A stretch of DNA of 64,000 bases from an uncultured Chitinophaga sp. (GTDB taxonomy: Bacteria > Bacteroidota > Bacteroidia > 2-12-FULL-35-15). Numbering within the stretch: the stretch's first letter is position 1; every line of letters begins with the position of its first letter. The notes below the pieces were generated by a model. That model made no database searches. It was not told the DNA's origin and saw only the letters and a program-made list of their open reading frames with translations. Shown piece after piece: positions 9,634-18,095 of this stretch. The position numbers and the translations under genes are program-made. The stretch lies in assembly GCA_964456225.1 (NCBI GenBank), contig CAYWAV010000001.1, forward strand, positions 100,179 through 164,178. The letters are read 5' to 3'.

Positions 9634-9673
9634 CTGTCACTTCGAGCTGTCACTTCGAGCGGAGTCGAGAAAA
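9634..9673 (+). repeat. REP-A repeat copy with an internal 13-bp duplication
   Basis: ctgtcacttcgag occurs twice in tandem, followed by cggagtcgagaaa. Matches ctgtcatttcgagcggagtcgaaaa at 13228. Confidence 0.85.
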
Positions 9674-9703
9674 GGAAAAACGGATTAATCTAAAAAAAAA
9701 AAA

Positions 9704-10345
9704 ATGTTTACTAAAAAATTATCAATTATTGCACTTTTGGCGATTGGAACTTTAAACTCAGTTGCTCAGGATCAAGATCCGAAAGCGAAAAAAATTCTAG
9801 ACGAATTAAGCGTAAAAACAAAAGCATATACCACCATAAAAGCTGAATTTACTTGGGTGATAGAAAAAAAGGATAAAACCAAAGATACCCAAAGCGGAAA
9901 AATTCAAACAAAAGGCAACAAATACAAATTAGAAATTCCAGGACACGTAATTTACTGCGATGGAAAAACCGTTTGGGATCATATAAAAGATGCCAACGAA
10001 GTTCAGATTAAAGACATGGAAGCAGGAGGAGAGGATGCGATTAGTCCTACTAATATCTTCACCATTTATGAAAAAGGTTTCAAATATAAATTTGATGGAG
10101 AAGATGCTACAACACAAAACATTAGTTTGTTTCCAACCAACCCTGACAAAAAGAAGTTTCATACCATTAAGCTAACGATTGATAAAACAAAAAAACAAAT
10201 CACCAGTGTAAAAATGTTTATGAAAGATGGAACTACTCAAACCTATACCATCAAAACATTTGCGGGAAGTATTCCAATAGCAGATACTGAATTTGTTTTC
10301 GATACAAAAGCCCACAAAGGGATTTCAATTGAAGATTTGAGGTAA
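9704..10345 (+). CDS. lolA: LolA-like outer-membrane lipoprotein carrier protein
   Basis: 213 aa with a signal peptide and LolA-family size and pattern. Shows the ftsK-lolA synteny typical of Bacteroidota. Confidence 0.75.
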   Translation: MFTKKLSIIALLAIGTLNSVAQDQDPKAKKILDELSVKTKAYTTIKAEFTWVIEKKDKTKDTQSGKIQTKGNKYKLEIPGHVIYCDGKTVWDHIKDANEVQIKDMEAGGEDAISPTNIFTIYEKGFKYKFDGEDATTQNISLFPTNPDKKKFHTIKLTIDKTKKQITSVKMFMKDGTTQTYTIKTFAGSIPIADTEFVFDTKAHKGISIEDLR

Positions 10346-10364
10346 GAACTATAATGCATATTTT

Positions 10365-10398
10365 AAAGCCTTTCTGATAATTCAGAAAGGCTTTTTTT
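10365..10398 (+). terminator. Rho-independent terminator after lolA
   Basis: Perfect 11-bp stem agcctttctga / tcagaaaggct with a 4-nt loop, followed by a T7 run. Confidence 0.85.
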
Positions 10399-10454
10399 GT
10401 CTAGTCATCAAGGCAAATTGTCGTTCAATAAAAATCATTTACTATCTTTAAAGT

Positions 10455-11324
10455 ATGAGACTAATCCCTTTTTTATTATTCTGTTTCTTCACCACTGTAT
10501 TGAGTGCACAAACAGCTAAAACAAAACAAACAGAAACCACTAAACCTTTTGTATTGGGTGTAATTGAAGAAATTCAATCAAAGGAATTAGCAGAAACAAG
10601 AATTCTAAACATATACCTTCCAGAAGGATATAGTAAGAACGATACAGTAAATTATCCTGTTATTTATTTGTTGGATGGCTCGGCTGACGAGGACTTTATT
10701 CATATTGTAGGATTGGTGCAATTCAATAATTTTCCATGGATCAATCGCCTTCCAAAATCCATTGTAGTTGGAATTGCGAATGTGGACAGAAAAAGAGACT
10801 TTAGCTTCCCTACTACTATTGAAAAAGATAAAAAAAATTATCCAACCACAGGAAAGTCTGATAAGTTTATCGCCTTTATTGAAAAGGAATTACAGCCATT
10901 TATTGAAAAGAAGTATAAAACTACATCTTCTAAAATGATTATCGGACAATCTATGGGCGGCTTATTAGCAACTGAGATTCTGTTAACCAAGCCGACACTT
11001 TTTAACAAGTATGTGATTATTAGTCCGAGTTTGTGGTGGAACAATTGTTCGCTTTTAAATCAACAAGCACCTGTTTTAGAAGAAGATTTTAAACAACAAA
11101 CAGATGTTTATATTGGAGTAGGCAAAGAAGGTTTAGCACCAACAGAGCTTCCGCATGTAATGGAAGTGGAGGCTAATGTGTTGGCAGAAAAATTAAAAAT
11201 GACAAAAAGTAAAAATGTAACAACCTATTTTGATTATTTACCTCAGGAAGATCATGCAACAATAACACATCAGTCGGTATTTAACGCGTTTAGATTGTTA
11301 TATCCTGTCCCTCCGCAAAAATAA
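10455..11324 (+). CDS. Alpha/beta hydrolase, putative esterase family
   Basis: 289 aa with a signal peptide, the nucleophile elbow GQSMGG and overall similarity to esterase-D/siderophore-esterase-like proteins. Confidence 0.7.
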   Translation: MRLIPFLLFCFFTTVLSAQTAKTKQTETTKPFVLGVIEEIQSKELAETRILNIYLPEGYSKNDTVNYPVIYLLDGSADEDFIHIVGLVQFNNFPWINRLPKSIVVGIANVDRKRDFSFPTTIEKDKKNYPTTGKSDKFIAFIEKELQPFIEKKYKTTSSKMIIGQSMGGLLATEILLTKPTLFNKYVIISPSLWWNNCSLLNQQAPVLEEDFKQQTDVYIGVGKEGLAPTELPHVMEVEANVLAEKLKMTKSKNVTTYFDYLPQEDHATITHQSVFNAFRLLYPVPPQK

Positions 11325-11336
11325 TTAATAAATAAT

Positions 11337-11351
11337 TTCCCAAATTGGGAA
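11337..11351. promoter_or_regulatory. 7-1-7 inverted repeat TTCCCAA-A-TTGGGAA, candidate HigA operator
   Basis: Perfect inverted repeat ending 8 nt upstream of the TATCTTTG box (11359..11366) in front of higB. Confidence 0.4.
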
Positions 11352-11358
11352 CTTTTTG

Positions 11359-11366
11359 TATCTTTG
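11359..11366 (+). promoter_or_regulatory. Candidate -7 box (TATCTTTG) for higBA
   Basis: Matches TAnnTTTG. The GTG start of higB lies 16 nt downstream. Confidence 0.4.
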
Positions 11367-11381
11367 TGTAAATAAGCGTGT

Positions 11382-11675
11382 GTGAGGGTAATTTCAAAAA
11401 AAATACTTAGAGAGTTTTGGGAAAAACATTCAGATAGTCAGCAGCAACTGAAGTCTTGGTTTCAGGAGACTAGTAAAGTGAGTTGGAAGTCGCCTAAAGA
11501 AATTAAAAAAGAGTATCCAAGTGCTAGTTTTTTAGAAAACAATCGAGTAGTTTTTAATATAAAAGGAAATAAGTATCGCTTGATTGTAAGAATCAGCTAT
11601 GATTATCAGATGGTTTGGGTTCGATTTGTTGGAACTCATGCAGAATATGATAAGATTGATGCAACTAAAATTTAA
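11382..11675 (+). CDS. higB: Type II toxin HigB (mRNA interferase)
   Basis: 97 aa. MRVISKKILREFWEKH...GNKYRLIVRISY...VWVRFVGTHAEYDKI is the typical HigB-toxin family pattern. GTG start. Confidence 0.85.
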   Translation: MRVISKKILREFWEKHSDSQQQLKSWFQETSKVSWKSPKEIKKEYPSASFLENNRVVFNIKGNKYRLIVRISYDYQMVWVRFVGTHAEYDKIDATKI

Positions 11676-11679
11676 AGAG

Positions 11680-12039
11680 ATGACAATAAAACCAATTAAA
11701 ACAAAAAAGGATTATCAAAATGCCCTTGAAAGACTTGAATTGATATTTGATTCAAAGAAAGGTTCAGTTGCAGGTGATGAGTTGGAAATCTTAGGTATCT
11801 TAATTGAAAAATATGAAGACGAGCATTTCCCTATTGGTTTTCCTGATCCTATTGAAGCTATTAAATTCAGAATGGAACAAATGGGTTATACTCAAACGGA
11901 TTTAGCTAGAGTAGTTGGACTAAAAAGTCGCGCAAGCGAAATTTTGAATAAGAAAAGGAAATTGACTTTGGAAATGATTCGATTATTACATGATAATTTA
12001 AAAATTCCTACCGAGGTACTTATTCAATCCTATAAATAA
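11680..12039 (+). CDS. higA: Type II antitoxin HigA (XRE-type HTH)
   Basis: The ATG at 11680 lies 4 nt after the higB stop. MTIKPIKTKKDYQNALERLELIF plus a C-terminal HTH (YTQTDLARVVGLKSRASEILNKKRKLT). The track start at 11599 overlaps higB and is rejected. Confidence 0.85.
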   Translation: MTIKPIKTKKDYQNALERLELIFDSKKGSVAGDELEILGILIEKYEDEHFPIGFPDPIEAIKFRMEQMGYTQTDLARVVGLKSRASEILNKKRKLTLEMIRLLHDNLKIPTEVLIQSYK

Positions 12040-12045
12040 AACTTT

Positions 12046-12171
12046 ATGTAGACAAACAAAGCGTGTGAAAGCTGTTGAATGCCTTTAAAGTAGGATCCAA
12101 AAGGTTCAGGATCAAATAAAGACGGAACAAAAAGTGAGAAGTATTGTAGCTATTGCTACGAGAGAAGCTAA
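12046..12171 (+). pseudogene. Decayed, truncated putative zinc-ribbon (Zn_ribbon_2-like) gene
   Basis: One frame reads M*TNKACESC*MPLK*DPKGSGSNKDGTKSEKYCSYCYERS*. This is the CxxC-GMPL-KDP...DG(S/T)KSxxYCSxCY pattern interrupted by TAG, TGA and TAG. Confidence 0.5.
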
Positions 12172-12174
12172 AAT

Positions 12175-12205
12175 AAAAAGCCGAGATTTAAACATCTCGG
12201 CTTTT
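12175..12205. terminator. Bidirectional hairpin terminator
   Basis: aaaaagccgagat-ttaaac-atctcggcttttt has A and T runs on both sides and lies between convergent genes. Confidence 0.8.
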
Positions 12206-12222
12206 TATTTTATACTACTAAA

Positions 12223-12669
12223 TTATTTTTTCATCATACGTCTGATAAGCCATAAAACAATAAATCCTACTGGAACAAGAAAAGCCCACAAAGGATAGGC
12301 TGTTACTATAGTATTGAAACTAAAATCTTCTGTAAAAATGCTTAGGTTTTTGCTTGTATCAAATTTTTGAATAAAACTTGCTTGTCCATCCACAAATTCT
12401 AATTCTTTGTCTTTACCATTAATGATAAAACTAATTCTGCCTTTATTTAACTGTAATTTGGTATGATTAGGATTAACAAATCGTAATTTAACTTCGGCCT
12501 CTTTGAATGTGAATATTATAGAGGGCAAAGTAACTTCAATATCGCTATTTGTAATACGATCAATTACTACAGAATTATCTACAACCTCTACCTCTTCACC
12601 TGGAATTTCTTTGGCAAATGTAGAGACAAACGTTAAAATGAAAGTAATCGCAAACAGTACTTTTTTCAT
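12223..12669 (-). CDS. Hypothetical protein with signal peptide and C-terminal TM anchor
   Basis: 148 aa with a hydrophobic N-terminus and the C-terminal helix WAFLVPVGFIVLWLI followed by RRMMKK. Confidence 0.55.
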   Translation of the reverse strand: MKKVLFAITFILTFVSTFAKEIPGEEVEVVDNSVVIDRITNSDIEVTLPSIIFTFKEAEVKLRFVNPNHTKLQLNKGRISFIINGKDKELEFVDGQASFIQKFDTSKNLSIFTEDFSFNTIVTAYPLWAFLVPVGFIVLWLIRRMMKK

Positions 12670-12768
12670 GCTTCTTTTAATTTGAGCACAAATATAGTCC
12701 TTTCATAAAACCAATTGCAATTTTTTAGATAAATGGCATAAAATAGGGGCTGAAATTAAGGCTATAGG

Positions 12769-12808
12769 AAAAAATAAGGCCCGATCCGATATTCATCGAA
12801 ACAGGCCT
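12769..12808 (-). terminator. Candidate terminator of the small ORF
   Basis: On the minus strand, aggcctgtttcgat...atcggatcgggcct is an imperfect hairpin followed by tatttttt. Confidence 0.4.
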
Positions 12809-12833
12809 GGTTGGTTAGGGATGTTGGTGTTTT

Positions 12834-12986
12834 TTAATCGATTAGTTTGGCATCCGGATATTTTTCCTGCCAAGCTTTTAATGCACCCTCTGTCCGAACC
12901 GTAATGGTAGTTCTAGTATCAATTTGTAATTTGAATTTAGGGCGATTATCGATAACTTCTTTTTTGATTTTCATTGTCTTGCTCAT
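12834..12986 (-). CDS. Unannotated 50-aa small protein, paralog of 27888..28046
   Basis: ATG..TAA ORF encoding MSKTMKIKKEVIDNRPKFKLQIDTRTTITVRTEGALKAWQEKYPDAKLID. Aligns without gaps to the second copy, with synonymous differences at conserved residues. Confidence 0.65.
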   Translation of the reverse strand: MSKTMKIKKEVIDNRPKFKLQIDTRTTITVRTEGALKAWQEKYPDAKLID

Positions 12987-13120
12987 TTTGTTGCTTATTA
13001 AGGTGTTCGTGATTCTTACGAAATCATTTCTTTATTGATTATCCATAACATACAACACAATATCTCTGCCAATTGTTTTATACTTAACATATTTTAACAA
13101 CGAGGATTTGTTTCCTTTCG

Positions 13121-13252
13121 CTTCGACTCCGCTCAGTGTGACAGTTGGTGAGCAGCTTATTGTTAAACTTAATAGTGTGTTGTTGTCACACTGAGTACTT
13201 CGACTCCGCTCGAAATGAATTTAGAACTGTCATTTCGAGCGGAGTCGAAAAA
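13121..13252. repeat. Composite REP-A element forming two hairpins at the clpB 3' end
   Basis: A 12-bp inverted repeat pairs 13132-13143 with 13184-13195. A perfect 20-bp inverted repeat pairs 13199-13218 with 13230-13249 around an 11-nt loop. The element starts 7 nt past the clpB stop. Confidence 0.85.
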
Positions 13253-13258
13253 CGCTAA

Positions 13259-15895
13259 TTATTCACTAACAGTTTTTTTTATTTTCTTCTTATCCTCATC
13301 AATAGGGTTTCTGAAAACAAACTCTTTGTTGAACACATCCAATACAATGTTGGCATCTTTTTCAACTTTCCCTGCCAATATCTGTTTAGAAAGCTCATTC
13401 AATACTCGTTTTTGGATTACCCTTTTTACCGGTCGGGCTCCAAATTGAGGGTCGAAGCCCAATTGTGCCAACCAATCTATTGCTTCAGCTGTTGCAGTGA
13501 TATGAATATCGTTTTCTTCCAGCATTTTAGCAATGCCTATGAACTGTAATTCAACTATTTGATGCACATTTTCTCTGGTTAATGGAGTAAACATGATGGT
13601 TTCATCTATTCTGTTTAAAAATTCAGGACGAATTGATTTTTTTAGCAATTCAAAAACTTCGACTTTTGTTTTTGCTATGATCTCATCTCTGTTCCGTTCT
13701 GTCAATTTTTCGAAATTTTCTTGTATCAAATGAGAGCCCATGTTTGACGTCATAATGATGATGGTATTTTTAAAATTTACCATGCGTCCTTTATTATCAG
13801 TCAATCGCCCATCATCTAAAACTTGTAGCAAAACATTGAATACATCGGGATGTGCTTTTTCAATTTCATCCAGTAAAACAACACTGTATGGTTTTCTGCG
13901 TACTGCTTCTGTTAATTGTCCGCCTTCTTCGTATCCCACATATCCCGGAGGTGCACCAACCAATCTACTCACAGCATGACGCTCTTGGTATTCACTCATG
14001 TCAATACGAGTCATACTATTTTCATTGTTGAATAAGAATTCTGCCAATGCTTTTGCTAACTCGGTTTTACCAACACCTGTAGTTCCCAAGAAAATGAAAG
14101 ATCCAATGGGTCGCTTGTTGTCTTGTAATCCGGCACGACTTCTTCTCACAGCATCGCTGATGGCTTCAATCGCTTCTTCTTGACCTACCACACGTTTATG
14201 CAATTCATCTTCTAGATGTAAAAGTTTTTCGCGTTCACTTTGTAACATTCGTGAAACTGGAATGCCGGTCCACACAGCAATTACTTCTGCAATATCTTCG
14301 CTTCCAACTTCCTCTTTAATCATTTGTGAGCCGTTTTGTTGCATTTCTGCTAATTTGCTTTCAAACGATTTTAATTGAACTTCGGCTTCTTTAATTTTTC
14401 CGTAACGTATTTCAGCAACTTTGCCATAATCACCATTACGTTCTGCCTGGTCAGCTTCAAATTTGAAGTTCTCGATTTGTTCTTTTACTTTTTGAATGCC
14501 TTCAACTACTTCTTTCTCACCTTGCCATTTAGCACGCAAATCACTTCTTTTATCAGATAATTCTGCAATTTCTTTGTGAAGTTCTTCTAGTTTTTTAGTA
14601 TTCTTTTCGCGTTTGATTGCTTCGCGTTCAATTTCAAGCTGACGGATTTTGCGTTCTACTTCATCCAATTCTATTGGCATAGAGTTAATCTGCATTCTAA
14701 GTTTAGAAGCCGCTTCATCCATTAAGTCGATTGCCTTATCTGGTAAAAAACGATCGTTGATGTATCGTTGTGATAATTCAACAGCAGCAATAATTGCTTC
14801 GTCTTTGATACGCACTTTGTGATGCGTTTCATATTTTTCTTTTATTCCGCGTAAAATAGAGATAGCATCTTCTGCATTTGGTTCATCCACCATTACTTTT
14901 TGGAAACGTCTTTCGAGTGCTTTGTCTTTTTCAAAATATTTTTGAAACTCATTTAAAGTGGTTGCACCAATTGCACGTAATTCTCCACGAGCCAAGGCCG
15001 GTTTTAAAATATTGGCAGCATCCATAGCGCCTTCGCCACCACCGGCACCAACAAGTGTATGGATTTCATCAATGAATAAAATAATTTCTCCTTCTGCGGA
15101 AATAACTTCTTTCACCACCGATTTTAAACGTTCTTCAAATTCACCTTTAAATTTTGCTCCGGCAATGAGTGAGCCCATATCCAAAGAAAAAATTTGTTTT
15201 GATTTTAAATTGTCAGGAACATCTCCGTTGATGATGCGATGTGCCAATCCTTCTGCAATAGCAGTTTTACCAACACCTGGTTCACCAACTAAAATCGGAT
15301 TGTTTTTTGTTCTACGTGATAAAATTTGCAACACTCTGCGAATTTCCTCATCACGCCCAATCACAGGATCTAGCTTTCCTTTTTTTGCTTGCTCATTTAA
15401 ATTGATGGCAAATTTATTCAAGGCATTGTAAGTATCTTCTGCTGTTTGACTGTTTACTTTAGCGCCTTTACGCAGTTCTGTAATTGCAGCTTTTAAATCT
15501 TTTTCAGTTACTCCATTGTCTTTCAACAATTGTGAAACGTTGTCTTTTGTAGAAAGCAAAGCCAACAACAAGTGTTCGATAGAAACAAATTCGTCACCAA
15601 ATTCTTTTAGGTAGTTAGCTGCTTTTGAAATTACCTGATTGGCAGTATTAGATAAAAATGGCTGTCCACCCGAAACTTTCGGATACCCTTCAATCATTTT
15701 GTCTAAGGCCTTTGTAAACATTGCAGTATTTACATTTAGCTTCTTTAGAATAAAAGGGGTTACGTTTTCGTCCACTTCTAAAATTCCTTTAAAAAGGTGT
15801 CCGTTTTCAATAGATTGCTGCCCATTGGCAGTTGCAATTTGTACTGCTTGTTGAACAGCCTCTTGCGATTTTATGGTATAGTTATTTAAGTTCAT
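13259..15895 (-). CDS. clpB: ATP-dependent chaperone/disaggregase ClpB
   Basis: 878 aa. Clp N-domain, two AAA+ modules ([16 protein letters not shown]) and a long coiled-coil middle domain. Confidence 0.97.
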   Translation of the reverse strand: MNLNNYTIKSQEAVQQAVQIATANGQQSIENGHLFKGILEVDENVTPFILKKLNVNTAMFTKALDKMIEGYPKVSGGQPFLSNTANQVISKAANYLKEFGDEFVSIEHLLLALLSTKDNVSQLLKDNGVTEKDLKAAITELRKGAKVNSQTAEDTYNALNKFAINLNEQAKKGKLDPVIGRDEEIRRVLQILSRRTKNNPILVGEPGVGKTAIAEGLAHRIINGDVPDNLKSKQIFSLDMGSLIAGAKFKGEFEERLKSVVKEVISAEGEIILFIDEIHTLVGAGGGEGAMDAANILKPALARGELRAIGATTLNEFQKYFEKDKALERRFQKVMVDEPNAEDAISILRGIKEKYETHHKVRIKDEAIIAAVELSQRYINDRFLPDKAIDLMDEAASKLRMQINSMPIELDEVERKIRQLEIEREAIKREKNTKKLEELHKEIAELSDKRSDLRAKWQGEKEVVEGIQKVKEQIENFKFEADQAERNGDYGKVAEIRYGKIKEAEVQLKSFESKLAEMQQNGSQMIKEEVGSEDIAEVIAVWTGIPVSRMLQSEREKLLHLEDELHKRVVGQEEAIEAISDAVRRSRAGLQDNKRPIGSFIFLGTTGVGKTELAKALAEFLFNNENSMTRIDMSEYQERHAVSRLVGAPPGYVGYEEGGQLTEAVRRKPYSVVLLDEIEKAHPDVFNVLLQVLDDGRLTDNKGRMVNFKNTIIIMTSNMGSHLIQENFEKLTERNRDEIIAKTKVEVFELLKKSIRPEFLNRIDETIMFTPLTRENVHQIVELQFIGIAKMLEENDIHITATAEAIDWLAQLGFDPQFGARPVKRVIQKRVLNELSKQILAGKVEKDANIVLDVFNKEFVFRNPIDEDKKKIKKTVSE

Positions 15896-16077
15896 AGTTT
15901 TAAATTTTGCATGAAATAAAGGTCAAATAGTAGTCCAACATTTAAAATGACAATTGTTAGGACTAATTGGCTGACTACTTTGATTTTAAATGACTTTATG
16001 GCTTATTAAAGCATTCGTCTCTGCCTATTTTACAGACCAATTTTTTTTAATATATTGCAGGATATTTAACAAGCTTC

Positions 16078-18051
16078 ATGAAACGCTTTTATATACTACT
16101 TTTAATATTCTTATCGATTTTCTTATCTGTAAAATCCATCGCACAGCAAGCGAAGGCGGATAGTTTGTATCAATTGTATTCTAAAGCGTTAGATGACACC
16201 ACAAAAGTGGATTTGTTAATTGGGATAGCAAATGCTTATGGAGATGCTGAAATTGTAAAAGGAGTCGGTTTTGTTAGAGAGGCATTAGAACTATCTGAAC
16301 GAGCTCATTATGAAAAAGGTGTTTGTCTTTCCAATATATTATTAGGTGATTATTATTCCGAAAAACTAAATTATTCAATAGCATTAAAGCACTATTTGAA
16401 AGCAAGTGTTGTTGGTGAAAAAAATAAGATGTATGGTTCATTGTCATCCTGTTATAATAAAATTGGAATCATTTATTCCAATCAAAAGAAAAATGAGCTA
16501 AGTATGAAATATTTTCTCAAAGTTGCAGATATTTCACTTTTGCAGGATAAACCAATTAGATATGCAATTGCGTGTAATAATATTGGCATTGCTTACAAAG
16601 ATTTAGGTCGTTATCAAGATGCAAAAAAGTATTACAGATTGGCATTGGCACAGTTTCAGAAATCAGATTTTAAGTTAGGGATTGCATCTGTAAACAATGG
16701 TTTAGGGACAATAAGTGATTTATTAGGCGACTATGATGAAGCATTGGATTATTATGAAGAAGCAATTCTTGTATTTCGTCAAACAAAGGATTCTTCAATG
16801 GCAGCTGGTTTGCATACAAATATTGGCGAAGTGTATAGTCACAAAAAAGAATATAATAAAGCACTTGAATATTATCTTAAAGGCTTAAAAGTTATTGAAG
16901 CTCAACAAAGTAAAAATAATAATTTTAGACTAGATGCTTATGATGGTTTAGCAAATGTGTATTCAAATTTAAAAAATTATGAAAGAGCTTATTATTTTCA
17001 AAATAGATATCTTGCTTTAAAAGATTCTATTGATGATGTAGAGGGTATGCTACAAGTACAAGAAATTGAGAAGCGGTTGGACAATGAGAAGCAAGAAAAA
17101 GAAATTGAATTACTAAAACAAAAAGAAGAAATTCAAGCCTTAAAAGTAAAATCGCAATCAGAGAAGCTGAAGAAAAGTAAAGTGATTATTTTTTCTGTTG
17201 CAGGAATTTTACTTATTGTAATAGCAATGTCCTTTTTTGTTTATAAAGCCTACAAACAAATTAAAAGGACAAATTCTGAACTTGCTGAAAAAAAGAAAGA
17301 AATTCAAGACAGTATCAACTACGCAAAAAAAATTCAAGAAGCGATGTTACCAGATGTATCTATTTTGGGGAATTATTTTCCAAAAGGTGGATTTGGCTTC
17401 TATCAGCCAAAAGATGTGGTGAGCGGAGATTTTTATTGGTTCAGTGAGTTGAATGGGTCGGTTTACTTTGCAGTAGCTGATTGTACAGGACACGGAGTTC
17501 CAGGAGCGTTTATGAGTATGATAGGAATAGATAAACTCAACAGCCTTATCGATAAAAAAGTAGAACGCTTGCCGCAGATTCTTTCGTTATTAAATATGAG
17601 TATCAAACGAGCCTTAAAACAAAAAGCGAATTCTTCTTCTTCAAAGGATGGTATGGATATAGCCATCTGTTCATTAAATAACAAAACGAAAATTTTGAAT
17701 TATGCCGGAGCAAATCGGCCGATTTGGATTTTGAGAAACAAAGAAATTGTTGAATATAAGCCCACAAAAGCTTCTATTGGCGGACATATTGAAGATCATC
17801 AGGAATATATCGGTCATACGATTCAATTACAAGAAGATGATATTATTTATATGTTTTCAGATGGATTTGCAGATCAGTTTGGTGGAGCAAGTAAGAAAAA
17901 ATATATGTCGAAGCAGCTGAAACAGACATTTATAGATATTCATGAGTTATCGATGCCGGAGCAAGAAATAAAATTGGGTCAGATTTTTAGTGATTGGAAA
18001 GGTGAATTAGGACAGGTTGATGATGTTTTGGTGTTGGGATTCAAAGTGTAA
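16078..18051 (+). CDS. TPR-repeat sensor with TM helix and C-terminal PP2C/SpoIIE phosphatase domain (copy 1)
   Basis: 657 aa. Signal peptide, TPR repeats, coiled coil, TM helix (VIIFSVAGILLIVIAMSFFVY), then SGDFYWF...ADCTGHGVPGAFMS...DGFADQFGG. Confidence 0.85.
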   Translation: MKRFYILLLIFLSIFLSVKSIAQQAKADSLYQLYSKALDDTTKVDLLIGIANAYGDAEIVKGVGFVREALELSERAHYEKGVCLSNILLGDYYSEKLNYSIALKHYLKASVVGEKNKMYGSLSSCYNKIGIIYSNQKKNELSMKYFLKVADISLLQDKPIRYAIACNNIGIAYKDLGRYQDAKKYYRLALAQFQKSDFKLGIASVNNGLGTISDLLGDYDEALDYYEEAILVFRQTKDSSMAAGLHTNIGEVYSHKKEYNKALEYYLKGLKVIEAQQSKNNNFRLDAYDGLANVYSNLKNYERAYYFQNRYLALKDSIDDVEGMLQVQEIEKRLDNEKQEKEIELLKQKEEIQALKVKSQSEKLKKSKVIIFSVAGILLIVIAMSFFVYKAYKQIKRTNSELAEKKKEIQDSINYAKKIQEAMLPDVSILGNYFPKGGFGFYQPKDVVSGDFYWFSELNGSVYFAVADCTGHGVPGAFMSMIGIDKLNSLIDKKVERLPQILSLLNMSIKRALKQKANSSSSKDGMDIAICSLNNKTKILNYAGANRPIWILRNKEIVEYKPTKASIGGHIEDHQEYIGHTIQLQEDDIIYMFSDGFADQFGGASKKKYMSKQLKQTFIDIHELSMPEQEIKLGQIFSDWKGELGQVDDVLVLGFKV

Positions 18052-18095
18052 TTAGGGTCTGATTTTTCAGTTTTATTAAATATATATATTTAAGC

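Noticed and set aside
12847-13038. 63-aa plus-strand track ORF
   Set aside because: It is a hydrophobic low-complexity peptide antisense to the 50-aa minus-strand ORF. The minus-strand ORF has a paralog with protein-level conservation, so the minus-strand reading is preferred.
13197-13250. Calling the clpB-proximal 20-bp hairpin a canonical intrinsic terminator
   Set aside because: On the clpB sense strand the stem is not followed by a U-tract. It is therefore annotated as a repeat and hairpin with possible 3'-end function, not as a confirmed terminator.
14958-15431. 157-aa plus-strand ORF and other antisense ORFs inside clpB, argS, ftsK, uvrA, DUF58 and batA
   Set aside because: They lie fully inside strongly supported conserved genes on the opposite strand or in another frame, and show no independent motifs.
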